From Candidatus Omnitrophota bacterium (GTDB taxonomy: Bacteria; Omnitrophota; Gorgyraeia; Zapsychrales; Zapsychraceae): a stretch of DNA of 64,000 bases. A program made the position numbers and the translations under genes. Where the stretch lies: assembly GCA_016212005.1 (NCBI GenBank), contig JACRHP010000009.1, forward strand, positions 6,560 to 70,559, given 5' to 3'. The notes under the pieces were generated by a model that searched no databases, was not told the origin of the DNA, and saw only the letters and a program-made list of their open reading frames with translations. This document shows, in pieces, positions 48,126 to 58,280 of the stretch. Each line of letters begins with the position of its first letter. Position 1 is the stretch's first letter.

Positions 48126-48821
48126 ATGACACCGCCCGAATACATCGCCGCCGCTATTTTGTCCGGGTTTAAAGACAGCTTGAACCCTTACATGTTTTCG
48201 GGCATAATGTGCTGCATGTTGTTTTTGGTATCGATTCCCGGGGGAAAACGCCAGCTCATTCTTGCGGGACGTTGCGTAAGCGCCGCGGTGTTTTTAACAA
48301 CTTTTATGCTGGCGCAGGGTACCAATCTTTTATTGCTGGTTCCCCCGGTAGTTGTTGCCGTTATCAGGTTGATTTCGCTGGCGTTCGCCGTGGTGTTGAT
48401 TGTTACGGGTTATATCTTTCTGCGCCAATGGTGGGTGGCCAAAAAAGGCAGGCAAGAACAGGGGGTTCTTAAATTTCACCAGTTGAATTCCTCTTTCAAG
48501 ATTATTTGTTCTTCGGCCATCCTTGGTGTACTTGTCGCCGTTATTAACATGCTTTGGCCCAAGAATACTGACTTTTATTTGGCTTATTTTATTTTGTTAA
48601 CAAGCGGTGATTTTTTTCGGATCGCGTTATATTTGTTTTCTTACAGCGCAGCATTTATTGGTTATCTGGCTTTGGGATGCTGGTTGACGGTAACGGCTGT
48701 AAATTCGACAAAATTTCAAAAGATATTGGCGAATGCCCTGTCCATGGCCAGGATAACATGTTCCGCCGTGTGCATGGCGCTGGGGATGGGGTTAATCTTT
48801 CTGTATAATACCGCAATATAA
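48126..48821 (+). CDS. Hypothetical multi-pass membrane protein
   Basis: About six hydrophobic segments; fills the serA-purA gap; DSLNP motif loosely resembles DsbD/CcdA-like membrane domains. Confidence 0.6.
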   Translation: MTPPEYIAAAILSGFKDSLNPYMFSGIMCCMLFLVSIPGGKRQLILAGRCVSAAVFLTTFMLAQGTNLLLLVPPVVVAVIRLISLAFAVVLIVTGYIFLRQWWVAKKGRQEQGVLKFHQLNSSFKIICSSAILGVLVAVINMLWPKNTDFYLAYFILLTSGDFFRIALYLFSYSAAFIGYLALGCWLTVTAVNSTKFQKILANALSMARITCSAVCMALGMGLIFLYNTAI

Positions 48822-48860
48822 AACGCAACAACGCGCCCGGAAAGGGGCGTCATTAAAGTT

Positions 48861-50132
48861 ATGAACATCGCTGTCGTCGGGTCACAATGGGGAGATGAAG
48901 GGAAGGGGAAGCTGATCGACATCCTCTCCGCGGACACGGATATCACCGCCCGTTATCAAGGGGGGAACAACGCCGGGCATACCGTTGTCGTTGGAGACGA
49001 AGAATATGTCTTCCATCTTCTTCCTTCCGCCATCCTGCATAAAGGCAAGGTTTGCGTGATAGGAAATGGAGTTGTTGTTGACCCCAAAGAGCTTATCAAA
49101 GAAATTGATAATCTGGCTTCGCGCGGGATCAAGGTCAATGCCGCACGGCTGAAAATTTCCGGCCATGCCCATGTGGTGATGCCGTATCACCGTATCCTCG
49201 ATGGGCTGCGGGAATCCAAGCGCAAGAATAAAATAGGAACGACGGGCCGCGGCATCGGCCCCTGTTACGCCGACAAGGTGAGCCGTTGCGGCATCCGGAT
49301 GATCGATCTGGTCAATCCGCGTATCCTTCGTTCCAAGCTTGAGGATAACCTGCGCGAAAAAAATGAAATTTTTAAAGAAGTATTTAAGAACCCGGGGTTC
49401 TCATTGGAGAATATTTACAAGGAATATTTCTCTTACGGCCGAAAATTGGCGCCGTATATCTGTGATACGGCATTGTATCTTAACCGGATGATGGACCGAA
49501 GTAAATCGGTCTTGTTTGAAGGGGCCCAGGGGACATTTCTGGATATTGATTTCGGGACCTATCCGTTTGTCACGTCCTCCAATTCCATCGTTGGCGGGCT
49601 TTGCACGGGAAGCGGGGTGGGGCCGACCCGGATCGACCGGGTCATCGCCTGCGTCAAGGCCTATACCACCCGGGTCGGGGAAGGACCTTTCCCGACAGAA
49701 TTTTCTTCAAATTTGAAAGATGAGATCCGCGCGAAGGGCAACGAATTCGGATCGACCACAGGCCGTCCGAGACGGTGCGGCTGGTTTGACAGTGTCCTGG
49801 TGCGCTACTCCATCATTATTAATAATGTCCATGAATTGGCCATCATGAAGCTGGATGTGCTTGGGGACCTGGAAAAGATCAAAATATGCGTCGGTTACCG
49901 GCACAAGGGGAAGGTGTATAAGGATTTCCCGATGGATTTTGACGTTCTGGACAAAGCGCAGCCGATCTATGAAGAAATGGACGGTTGGAAAAAGGATATC
50001 AGCGGGGTCCGCAGCTATTCTAAATTGCCCGTTAATGCCCGCCGCTACATTGAGCGTCTAGAAAGCCTTTTAAAAGTCGGGGTTAAGTACATTTCCATAG
50101 GGACCAAACGGGCGGAAATTATTATACGCTGA
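48861..50132 (+). CDS. purA: Adenylosuccinate synthetase
   Basis: QWGDEGKGK, GGNNAGHT, GTTGRGIGP, TTGRPRRCGW. Confidence 0.97.
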   Translation: MNIAVVGSQWGDEGKGKLIDILSADTDITARYQGGNNAGHTVVVGDEEYVFHLLPSAILHKGKVCVIGNGVVVDPKELIKEIDNLASRGIKVNAARLKISGHAHVVMPYHRILDGLRESKRKNKIGTTGRGIGPCYADKVSRCGIRMIDLVNPRILRSKLEDNLREKNEIFKEVFKNPGFSLENIYKEYFSYGRKLAPYICDTALYLNRMMDRSKSVLFEGAQGTFLDIDFGTYPFVTSSNSIVGGLCTGSGVGPTRIDRVIACVKAYTTRVGEGPFPTEFSSNLKDEIRAKGNEFGSTTGRPRRCGWFDSVLVRYSIIINNVHELAIMKLDVLGDLEKIKICVGYRHKGKVYKDFPMDFDVLDKAQPIYEEMDGWKKDISGVRSYSKLPVNARRYIERLESLLKVGVKYISIGTKRAEIIIR

Positions 50133-50240
50133 TTGTATCTTGTTGCGGGCGTTAAAGTTGTCAAATTACTTGACTTTAAATTTTGCCTATGATAATGTGG
50201 AACAAGAAAATAGCAGGAAGAAAAGTTACGGGAGGATGCG

Positions 50241-50852
50241 ATGTGTAAATTTTTAAAGAATTTATCCACCATAGGGGTGGTTTTTATTTTGGCCGTAAGC
50301 TTGGGCGGATGCACGATCATTTTCCAAAAAGGCAGACGCTCCGACATCGAAGAAATAGCACGCTTAAAGGGACGGTTGAACCGCCTGGAACAGGCGAAAG
50401 CCGAGCTGGAATCACGCCTTAAGAAAGAAATTGATTCCCAGGAGGTCAGCGTGTTGATGAAGGACCGGGGGCTGGTCATAACCTTTGTGGCGGAAGTCCT
50501 TTTTGATTCGGGAAAAGCGGAACTGAAACCGTCTTCTTTGGAAAAACTGGACAAAATTGCCGGTGTCCTGAATACGACCGTCAAGGATCTGTCCGTCGGG
50601 ATAGAAGGGCACACCGATGATATCCCCATTAAATATTCCGGGTGGAAATCCAACTGGGAATTGTCCGCTACCCGGGCGTTAAGTGTCGTGCATTATTTTA
50701 CCGGGACCAGTGGTGTCGATCCAAACCGTTTGTCCGCGACCGGTTATGGGGAATACCGGCCTGTGGCCGAGAATACGACGGCCGAGGGAAGGCAAAAAAA
50801 CCGGCGGGTCGAAATCGTGATCCTGCCCAGTAGAACGACGGAAGGCCGATAA
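50241..50852 (+). CDS. OmpA/MotB-domain lipoprotein
   Basis: Lipobox LGGC; LFDSGKA, IEGHTD, NWELSATRA, NRRVEI. Confidence 0.85.
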   Translation: MCKFLKNLSTIGVVFILAVSLGGCTIIFQKGRRSDIEEIARLKGRLNRLEQAKAELESRLKKEIDSQEVSVLMKDRGLVITFVAEVLFDSGKAELKPSSLEKLDKIAGVLNTTVKDLSVGIEGHTDDIPIKYSGWKSNWELSATRALSVVHYFTGTSGVDPNRLSATGYGEYRPVAENTTAEGRQKNRRVEIVILPSRTTEGR

Positions 50853-50862
50853 GGCGTCAAAC

Positions 50863-51249
50863 ATGAAAAAAACCGCTGTTATTCTAGCCTGCATTTTAAT
50901 CCTTATCAGCTTTGCTTTGGCAATTCATTTCAATCAGGGGACAATAGAAACTAAACGGAAACTGGACAGTGAACGTTATGTACGGTTGACGGCGGAAGAA
51001 AATTTTGAAAAGGCCACCGCGCAGATCCATCGTTTGGAAAATGATCTGATCCGGCTTACTTCTAAAATAAACAGTACGGAAAAAATACTGGAACAAACAA
51101 AAGACATCAACGCTCAATTGCAAGAACAAATAGACAGGGCAACGGCCGCGCAAGAATCCATGCAACAAAAGATACAAGGTTTGGAAGAATCCTCGCCAAA
51201 TCAAAGCAATTCCAAGGGCGGCCCCGCATCAGATGCTGGCTCAACATAG
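50863..51249 (+). CDS. Hypothetical membrane-anchored coiled-coil protein
   Basis: N-terminal hydrophobic helix followed by a heptad-rich Q/E/K segment. Confidence 0.65.
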   Translation: MKKTAVILACILILISFALAIHFNQGTIETKRKLDSERYVRLTAEENFEKATAQIHRLENDLIRLTSKINSTEKILEQTKDINAQLQEQIDRATAAQESMQQKIQGLEESSPNQSNSKGGPASDAGST

Positions 51250-51302
51250 GTTAAAATCATGATTTAGCTGGGATCGAAGGCTGAATTCAAGAGGGCGCTT
51301 TG

Positions 51303-51332
51303 ATGGGGGATGCAGAATCCCCCCATTTTTTT
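51303..51332 (+). terminator. Putative intrinsic terminator
   Basis: ATGGGGGAT-loop-ATCCCCCCAT followed by a T-run. Confidence 0.55.
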
Positions 51333-51351
51333 AGTTTTAAAAATTACAGTG

Positions 51352-52077
51352 ATGGCAGGCAAGTTTACGCATAATATTCCACGTCATGTTGCCATTATCA
51401 TGGACGGGAATGGCCGCTGGGCCAAACACCGGCATCTGACCCGGACGCAGGGACATGCCGAAGGGATCAAACGCGTTGAAGAGATCGTGGCGGCTGCGCA
51501 GAAAATGGGCGTTCACGTGTTGACCTTGTTCACGTTCTCAACGGAAAATTGGCAACGGCCAAAGTCCGAGGTTTCGGTCCTGATGAACATGCTGAGTAAA
51601 GTCTTGCGGGAAAAGGCCAAAACGTTAAAAAAAAATAACGTGCGTTTCCGGATGATCGGCAGGGAAGATACCGTGCCGCCGGCAGTTTTGGCAACATTAA
51701 AAATGGCTGTTGAGGAAACCAGGGCGAATACGGGCATGATCGTGAACCTGGCGTTTAATTACGGCGGGCGCCAGGAGATCATGGACGCCGTCCAGGCGAT
51801 CGTGTCCGCCGTTGGAACCGGGGCGTTGCGCAAGGAAGATATCAATGAGGCGACGTTCAGCCGTTTTCTTTACACCAAAGATCTCCCGGACCCGGACCTT
51901 TTGATCCGCACGTCCGGCGAAAAACGGATCAGCAACTTTTTGCTTTGGCAATTATCGTACGCGGAATTGTATTTTACGGATAAATTCTGGCCGGATTTTA
52001 CAGTTGGGGAATTCGAATCTGCCGTCATGGATTATCAAAAACGGGAACGCCGTTACGGGGACCTCGGGGATGAGTAA
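51352..52077 (+). CDS. uppS: Undecaprenyl diphosphate synthase
   Basis: HVAIIMDGNGRWA, FSTENW, IRTSGE.RISNFLLWQ. Confidence 0.96.
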   Translation: MAGKFTHNIPRHVAIIMDGNGRWAKHRHLTRTQGHAEGIKRVEEIVAAAQKMGVHVLTLFTFSTENWQRPKSEVSVLMNMLSKVLREKAKTLKKNNVRFRMIGREDTVPPAVLATLKMAVEETRANTGMIVNLAFNYGGRQEIMDAVQAIVSAVGTGALRKEDINEATFSRFLYTKDLPDPDLLIRTSGEKRISNFLLWQLSYAELYFTDKFWPDFTVGEFESAVMDYQKRERRYGDLGDE

Positions 52078-52894
52078 AGAGCGCATCGTCAGTGCGGGCA
52101 TTATGACCCTTGTCGCCATTGGGGCCGTGTTGAACCAGTGGGTTTTTATCATCGTTTTGCTTGCTTTAACGATAGGCGGATTATACGAGTTCTTTTATCT
52201 GATCAATAAAAAGGGGATCCCGATCTACAGTTATACCGGGATCGCCATCGGCGTCATGATCCCGCTTTCGATTTTTACGCGTTTTGAGCTGACGGGGAAT
52301 TGGGAGTTGCTTTTTATCGTCGTTCTTTTATTGATGATCTTTCTCATGCAATTTATCCGCAAGGAAAACAACAACGCTATCGTAGGAGTTTCCACGACGT
52401 TGTTCGGGATCCTGTACGTTTCCTGGTTGTTTAGTTTTTTGATCAAAATCCGGTTTTTCCTGCCCGGAGCGGATGGGATGAAATTGTTGGGATTTGTTTT
52501 GCTCGTGACCAAAATGGGGGATATCGGCGCATTATTGGTCGGCAGCCGTTTCGGGAAGCATCTTTTACTGCCGCGCATCAGCCCCAATAAAACGGTAGAA
52601 GGGTGTCTGGGAAGTTTTTTCTTTAGCGCCCTGGCCGCGGTTCTGGGCAGCGCGCTTATCCCCGACCGATTTGGATTTTCCACAGGGCATATCGCTCTTA
52701 TGGGAATTTTCTTCGCCGGCATGGGCCAGCTGGGCGATATGTCAGAATCGCTCATCAAACGGGATTGCAACGTCAAGGATTCCGGGAAATTTATGCCGGA
52801 ACTGGGCGGGGTGCTGGATATGATCGACAGTATCCTTTTCTCGGCACCGGTTTTTTATTTTTATATCAGTTCAGTACCGCTAGGCCGACCGTAA
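52070..52894 (+). CDS. cdsA: Phosphatidate cytidylyltransferase
   Basis: ISPNKTVEG, GDMSESLIKR...KDSG...GGVLD. Confidence 0.94.
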   Translation: MSKERIVSAGIMTLVAIGAVLNQWVFIIVLLALTIGGLYEFFYLINKKGIPIYSYTGIAIGVMIPLSIFTRFELTGNWELLFIVVLLLMIFLMQFIRKENNNAIVGVSTTLFGILYVSWLFSFLIKIRFFLPGADGMKLLGFVLLVTKMGDIGALLVGSRFGKHLLLPRISPNKTVEGCLGSFFFSALAAVLGSALIPDRFGFSTGHIALMGIFFAGMGQLGDMSESLIKRDCNVKDSGKFMPELGGVLDMIDSILFSAPVFYFYISSVPLGRP

Positions 52895-52896
52895 GC

Positions 52897-54066
52897 ATGA
52901 AGCGCAAAAATGTCGTTATCCTGGGTTCAACGGGATCCATCGGGGTCAATGCCTTAAAGATCATTGAGCGTTTCCCCCACAAGTTCAGGATTGTCGGTCT
53001 GACGGCGTATAATAATTACCGGCTGCTTGAAGAACAGTCACGCCGGTTCAAGCCGTTTCATGTAGCGGCAAGCCAGGAAGGCGTCCGGTATCTGCGCAGG
53101 AATATCGGGGGACGCCATATAAAAATTGGGGATGTGGCAACCGGCGCCGAAGAGATTGCGCAGTTGAAGTCAGCGGATATCGTCGTGGTTGCGATGCAGG
53201 GAAGCGCGGCCTTGAAGCCTTTTCTGGCCGCGGTGCGAAGCGGTAAAACGGTTGCTCCGGCGAATAAAGAGGCGCTGGTCATCGCGGGGGATTTGCTGAT
53301 GCGTGAAGCGGCCAGGCATAAAGCCAGCATCGTCCCCATCGACAGCGAGCAGAGCGCGATTTTTCAGTGTCTGGAAGGCCGTGAGCGGGCTGATGTGCGC
53401 AAGATTTATTTGACCGCCTCCGGTGGGCCGCTGTTGCGCGTGCCGAAAATACGTTTTGACCGGTTATCCGTCCGGGATATCCTCCGGCATCCGCGCTGGA
53501 AAATGGGAAAACGCATTACGGTTGATTCGGCAACGCTTATCAATAAAGGCTTTGAAGTCATTGAAGCGAAGCATTTGTTCGGACTGGATGTAAAAGATAT
53601 CGAGGTGCTGGTCCATCCGGAGGCGATCATTCACTCGATGGTCGAATTGCGGGACGGCTCGGTTTTGGCCCAGCTCGGTGTCACGGATATGAGGATTCCC
53701 ATTCAGTATGCGTTGACCTATCCGCAGCGGTGGGACACAGGGCTGCGTCCCGTCAACTTTGCCCGGTTAAGGCAGTTGACATTTGAAAAACCGGATTTCC
53801 GTAAATTCCCGTCGCTCGCTCTGGCGATCGAAATTGCGGAGGAAGGCGGAACGCTTCCCGGCGTCCTGAATGCGGCCGATGAGGTCGCCGTAGAAGCATA
53901 TTTAGACAATCGTTTAAGGTTTACAGCAATCTATGATGTCGTTGAAAAAGTCGTACGCCGTCATCGCCTCACGCATGATCCTTCGCTGGACGCGATTCTC
54001 GCGGCGGACCAATGGGCCAGGGGAGAGGCCGCAGCCTTAATTAAAAAAATATGGAAACGATCTTAA
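52897..54066 (+). CDS. dxr: 1-deoxy-D-xylulose-5-phosphate reductoisomerase
   Basis: LGSTGSIG, ANKE, PIDSE, TASGG, HPRWKMG.RITVDSAT. Confidence 0.96.
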   Translation: MKRKNVVILGSTGSIGVNALKIIERFPHKFRIVGLTAYNNYRLLEEQSRRFKPFHVAASQEGVRYLRRNIGGRHIKIGDVATGAEEIAQLKSADIVVVAMQGSAALKPFLAAVRSGKTVAPANKEALVIAGDLLMREAARHKASIVPIDSEQSAIFQCLEGRERADVRKIYLTASGGPLLRVPKIRFDRLSVRDILRHPRWKMGKRITVDSATLINKGFEVIEAKHLFGLDVKDIEVLVHPEAIIHSMVELRDGSVLAQLGVTDMRIPIQYALTYPQRWDTGLRPVNFARLRQLTFEKPDFRKFPSLALAIEIAEEGGTLPGVLNAADEVAVEAYLDNRLRFTAIYDVVEKVVRRHRLTHDPSLDAILAADQWARGEAAALIKKIWKRS

Positions 54067-55151
54067 CCAATTTAAACAGCATCATTCTTTTTGTCGCGAC
54101 GTTAAGCATCCTGATCGTGGTACATGAATGGGGGCACTTTATCACGGCGAAACGGCTCGGGATTAAAGTGGAACGCTTCGCGTTGGGCTTCGGGCCGACG
54201 ATTTATTCAAAAGTGTATCATGACACACAATACATGGTCAATATCATCCCGTTGGGAGGATATGTCAAGCTCGCCGGTGATGAACGCACGGAATGCCGGG
54301 GACAGACCTATGAATTTTACGCCAGGCCGATCGGACATCGCGCGCTGGTCGTCTTCAACGGGCCGCTGGTCAATTTTGTCTTCGCGTACCTTTGCCTTTT
54401 TATCGTCTTTATGGTCGGGTATCCCGACTTGAGCACCAAAATCGGTACCCTCCTGGAAGGATATCCCGCCCAGCAGGCGGGGCTTCAGGCCGGCGACCGG
54501 ATCACCAGGATCAACGGTCAACCCGTTGAAAGCTGGAGCGTCCTTCAAGAGGCTATCAGCACATCCACGGGCGATGAAATCCAGCTTCAAATACAACGTA
54601 ACGGCCGAGAGATCTCTCAAGTCATCCATCCGCGGACAGAAACGGCGCAGACGATTTTCGGAAAACACAAAAAGATGCGTCTCGTCGGTATTCGTTCCTC
54701 GGAGGAAATTATTTCCCTGCGTTACGGCCCTCTCACGGCGCTCGGGAAAGCCGGCCGGGAACTGATGAAGATCACGACGATGACCTACAAGGCCATTTTC
54801 TCCATGCTGACCGGCTCCATGTCGGTTAAAGAGAATGTTACGGGCCCTATCGGGATATTCTATATTCTCCAGAAAGCCGCCGAGATGGGGATGACGCATG
54901 TTGTGTTTATCCTCGGGGTCATCAGCGCCAGCCTGGCGATCTTTAATTTGCTGCCGGTTATACCGCTCGACGGCGGCCATTTGTTTTTGTTCGCCGTTGA
55001 AAAATTCCGCGGGCGGGCGCTTCCCCGCAAGGTCGATGAGTACGTCACTAAATTAGGGTTTAGCCTGATCATATGCCTGGCGCTGTTCGTGCTTTACAGC
55101 GATTTCTCCCGGTTCGGGTGGCTGGATAAAATCAAACACTTGCTTCCATAA
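54051..55151 (+). CDS. rseP: RIP metalloprotease RseP
   Basis: HEWGH, PDZ domain, NLLP.IPLDGG. Confidence 0.93.
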   Translation: METILTNLNSIILFVATLSILIVVHEWGHFITAKRLGIKVERFALGFGPTIYSKVYHDTQYMVNIIPLGGYVKLAGDERTECRGQTYEFYARPIGHRALVVFNGPLVNFVFAYLCLFIVFMVGYPDLSTKIGTLLEGYPAQQAGLQAGDRITRINGQPVESWSVLQEAISTSTGDEIQLQIQRNGREISQVIHPRTETAQTIFGKHKKMRLVGIRSSEEIISLRYGPLTALGKAGRELMKITTMTYKAIFSMLTGSMSVKENVTGPIGIFYILQKAAEMGMTHVVFILGVISASLAIFNLLPVIPLDGGHLFLFAVEKFRGRALPRKVDEYVTKLGFSLIICLALFVLYSDFSRFGWLDKIKHLLP

Positions 55152-55168
55152 AAAAGGGGACGATTGCC

Positions 55169-56461
55169 ATGCTCAATAACGAAATACGCGATATGGTCAA
55201 CCATTACCTGATCAAGGAAACGGATTTCCTGAAGGTCAAGGACGCGATGAACGAGGACCAGCTGCGTAAATTCGTTGACGATGCGATCGTGCGGATGTGT
55301 AACGACCGGAACCTTGCGCTTGAGAAAGACCAGCGGGCCGCCGTCATCCGCGACATGGTCAGCGCGGTCATGAGCATGGGGCCGCTTCGTCCGGTCATGG
55401 AAGACAAGACGATCTCGGAAATCATGATCAACGGCCCGCACCAGATCTATATCCAGCGCAACGGCCACATCAGCCGCGCGGACATCAAATTCGAGAACGC
55501 CGCGCAGCTTCAGCATACGATCCAGAAGATCCTCGCGGCTTCAGGTTCCAACAAGCGGGTCGACGAATCCTTGCCGTATGTCGATTTTATGCTCAAGGAC
55601 GGGTCCCGGGTCAACGTGATCTTGCCGCCGTGCTCGCTCGTTGGTCCGGTCATGACGGTGCGCAAGTTCAATGACGCCATCGGTACGGTGGACGACCTTT
55701 TAAACCGTAAAATGCTGGATAAACAGATCGCCACGCTCCTTATCGCGGCCATGAAGGCCAAATTCAATATTGTTTTCTGCGGGTCGACGGGATCGGGTAA
55801 AACGACAATGTTGAACGTTTTTTCGCGGCATATCCCGGCAGAGGAACGCATCGTCACCATCGAAGACACCCCGGAGTTAAGGCTCCTGCAGGAACATGTG
55901 GTTCCGCTGATCTCCAAGCCGGCCAACATCGAAGGCCGGGGAGAGATCACCATGCAGGAGTTGTTCATCAATTCCCTGCGCATGCGCCCCGACCGGATCA
56001 TCATCGGGGAGGTGCGCGGCCCGGAAATGCTGGATTTGATCCAGTCGATCAGCAGCGGCCATAGCGGCTCGCTGGCCATCGTCCACGCGGAGACGCCGGA
56101 AGACTGTTTCAACCGCATGGTTTTGATGATGATGATGGCCGGTATCCAGTTGAGCACCGAGGAAATCCGCAAGCAGGTCGCCCGGGCGATCGACATTGTC
56201 GTGCATGTTGAGCTTTTTTTTGACGGTTACAGACGCGTCACCGCCATAACCGACCTGACATATGACGAGGAGAAACAAAAGGTCATGCTGCATGATGTGT
56301 TCCGTTTTGAGCAAAAAGGCGTCAAAGAAAACGGCGAAATTATCGGCGAATGGGTGATGGATCGGCGCCGGCCGTCGTTTTACAACAAATTCAAGAAGAG
56401 AATGGTGACTTTACCGCAGGGATTCTTTGATGAATCTCTGCCGCCGTTGAAGGGCTCCTGA
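55169..56461 (+). CDS. CpaF/TadA family pilus-assembly ATPase
   Basis: EIMINGP, DGSRVN, GSTGSGKTT, TIEDTPEL, LRMRPDRIIIGEVRG. Confidence 0.9.
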   Translation: MLNNEIRDMVNHYLIKETDFLKVKDAMNEDQLRKFVDDAIVRMCNDRNLALEKDQRAAVIRDMVSAVMSMGPLRPVMEDKTISEIMINGPHQIYIQRNGHISRADIKFENAAQLQHTIQKILAASGSNKRVDESLPYVDFMLKDGSRVNVILPPCSLVGPVMTVRKFNDAIGTVDDLLNRKMLDKQIATLLIAAMKAKFNIVFCGSTGSGKTTMLNVFSRHIPAEERIVTIEDTPELRLLQEHVVPLISKPANIEGRGEITMQELFINSLRMRPDRIIIGEVRGPEMLDLIQSISSGHSGSLAIVHAETPEDCFNRMVLMMMMAGIQLSTEEIRKQVARAIDIVVHVELFFDGYRRVTAITDLTYDEEKQKVMLHDVFRFEQKGVKENGEIIGEWVMDRRRPSFYNKFKKRMVTLPQGFFDESLPPLKGS

Positions 56462-56463
56462 TC

Positions 56464-57741
56464 ATGTTCTGGTCAAAATATTTTATTCCGACCTTAAAAG
56501 AAACTCCCGCAGGGACGGAGGCCATAAGCCATCAATTGCTCCTGCGTTCCGGCCTCGTCCACATGCTGACTTCCGGTGTCTACTCCTATTTACCGCTGGG
56601 GCTTAAAATCCTGCGCAATATCGAGGGGATTATCCGTGAGGAAATGAACGCCGCCGGAGCCAGGGAGTTGTTTTTACCGTGCCTGCAGCCGATTGAATTG
56701 TGGAAACAAACCGGCCGGGACCAGACCTTGGCGGAAGTAATGATCCGCTTTAAAGACAAGCGCGGGCGGGAAATGTGTCTGGGCCCCACCCATGAGGAGG
56801 TCATCACGGATCTGGTCAAGAATTTCGTGCAGTCCTACCGCCAACTGCCGGTTGTGCTCTATCAGATCCAGACCAAATTCCGCGATGAAACGCGTACCCG
56901 TTTTGGCATCGTCCGTGCCTGCGAGTTTATCATGAAAGACGCGTACAGTTTTGACCGGGATGCCACTGGTTTGAAAAAAAATTACGACCTGATGTATGAC
57001 GCTTATCAGAAAATTTTCAAACGCTGCGGTTTGGAAACCGTCATTATCGAAGCGGATTCCGGCGCCATGGGCGGGGATTTATCCCATGAATTTCTTGTCC
57101 CGGCGGCCATCGGCGAAGACACGATCCTGCATTGCCCGTCCTGTAACGCGTACAGCGCCGTTGCCGCCGAACGGTCTGAAGGGAAGAGTTGTCCCCAATG
57201 CCGTCATGGTATTTTAAAGGGACAAATCGCCATCGAGTTGGGGCATATTTTCCAGTTGGGGACCAAATACAGTCAGGCGCAGCAGGCGGTGTTCCTGGAT
57301 GAGGACGGCAAGCAAAAGCCGATGATCATGGGTTGTTACGGCATCGGTGTCAGCCGGGTCATCGCCGCGATCATCGAAAAAAATCATGATGAAAAGGGGA
57401 TCCGCTGGCCACGGGAAGTTGCCCCCTTTGACGTTGAGATCCTGCCCATTGCCGGCAACGATTCGGCAGAGATCATGGAACTGGCGCATAAATATTACGC
57501 GGATTTGACGACGACTGGTTATGAAGTCCTCCTGGATGACCGTCCGGAGAGCGCGGGCGTCAAGTTCAATGACGCGGACCTGATCGGCATTCCGCTGCGC
57601 ATTACCATCGGCAAACGCAATCTTGTGGAAGGTAAAGTGGAGATCAAAAATCGTTTGACCAATGAAGTCACCCTGGTCAGCAAGAATGACGTCTCGGCAA
57701 AATTGTCCGAGATATCCAAAGGGTTATGTCTGAAGAATTGA
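56464..57741 (+). CDS. proS: Proline--tRNA ligase (short form without the large editing insertion)
   Basis: LGPTHEE, QTKFRDE, MKDAYSF, GHIFQLG, GCYGIGVSR. Confidence 0.95.
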   Translation: MFWSKYFIPTLKETPAGTEAISHQLLLRSGLVHMLTSGVYSYLPLGLKILRNIEGIIREEMNAAGARELFLPCLQPIELWKQTGRDQTLAEVMIRFKDKRGREMCLGPTHEEVITDLVKNFVQSYRQLPVVLYQIQTKFRDETRTRFGIVRACEFIMKDAYSFDRDATGLKKNYDLMYDAYQKIFKRCGLETVIIEADSGAMGGDLSHEFLVPAAIGEDTILHCPSCNAYSAVAAERSEGKSCPQCRHGILKGQIAIELGHIFQLGTKYSQAQQAVFLDEDGKQKPMIMGCYGIGVSRVIAAIIEKNHDEKGIRWPREVAPFDVEILPIAGNDSAEIMELAHKYYADLTTTGYEVLLDDRPESAGVKFNDADLIGIPLRITIGKRNLVEGKVEIKNRLTNEVTLVSKNDVSAKLSEISKGLCLKN

Positions 57742-58253
57742 TACTTCGACATAACAACCCTGAGCAAGCTCCCGGTTTCAGCCGGGAGCGCGTCGATGGG
57801 TTGACACAACAACTCGAGGGGCTTATAATGCCCTGCATTCTCAAGGCCGGCGCGGAGCTCATTGAGTTTAACCTCAAGCGCCGCGGCAGGACTTATATCG
57901 TGGAGGTTCTGGCCGATAAGGAAAACGGCGGAATTACTATCAGTGAATGTTCGGCCATTAACAAGGGAATTTTTTATGCATGCGAGCAGTCTGGCGTCAT
58001 GGGAGAAGATTTCGAGGTTGATGTCTCCTCTCCGGGGCTGGACCGGCCGCTGAAAACCCCTAAAGATTTTAAACGGGTCATCGGACGTAACATCCGTTTT
58101 CATCTGGGCGTGCCGGTCAACGGACGCCAGGAATACTCCGGGACGCTGCGGGATGTCCGGGAGGACCAAGTCATCGCCGACACTGCGCAGGGCCTAATGG
58201 AATTACCCATTAGCCAGATTCAAAAAGCAGTCCAAATTATTGAAATCGAATAA
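57726..58253 (+). CDS. rimP: Ribosome maturation factor RimP with a 21-aa N-terminal insertion
   Basis: GGITISEC, VSSPGLDRPL; upstream of nusA. Confidence 0.9.
   Translation: MSEELILRHNNPEQAPGFSRERVDGLTQQLEGLIMPCILKAGAELIEFNLKRRGRTYIVEVLADKENGGITISECSAINKGIFYACEQSGVMGEDFEVDVSSPGLDRPLKTPKDFKRVIGRNIRFHLGVPVNGRQEYSGTLRDVREDQVIADTAQGLMELPISQIQKAVQIIEIE
57738..57804. repeat. 63-bp in-frame palindromic insert in rimP, bounded by TTGA direct repeats
   Basis: TTGA at 57738-57741 and 57801-57804; CAACCC/GGGTTG and GCTCCCGG/CCGGGAGC stems. Confidence 0.7.
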
Positions 58254-58280
58254 ATTGCAAGTTTTCAGGAAGGATGAACA

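Noticed and set aside
51250-51302. Possible small RNA upstream of uppS
   Set aside because: Only a weak hairpin before a terminator-like stem; no family recognisable by eye
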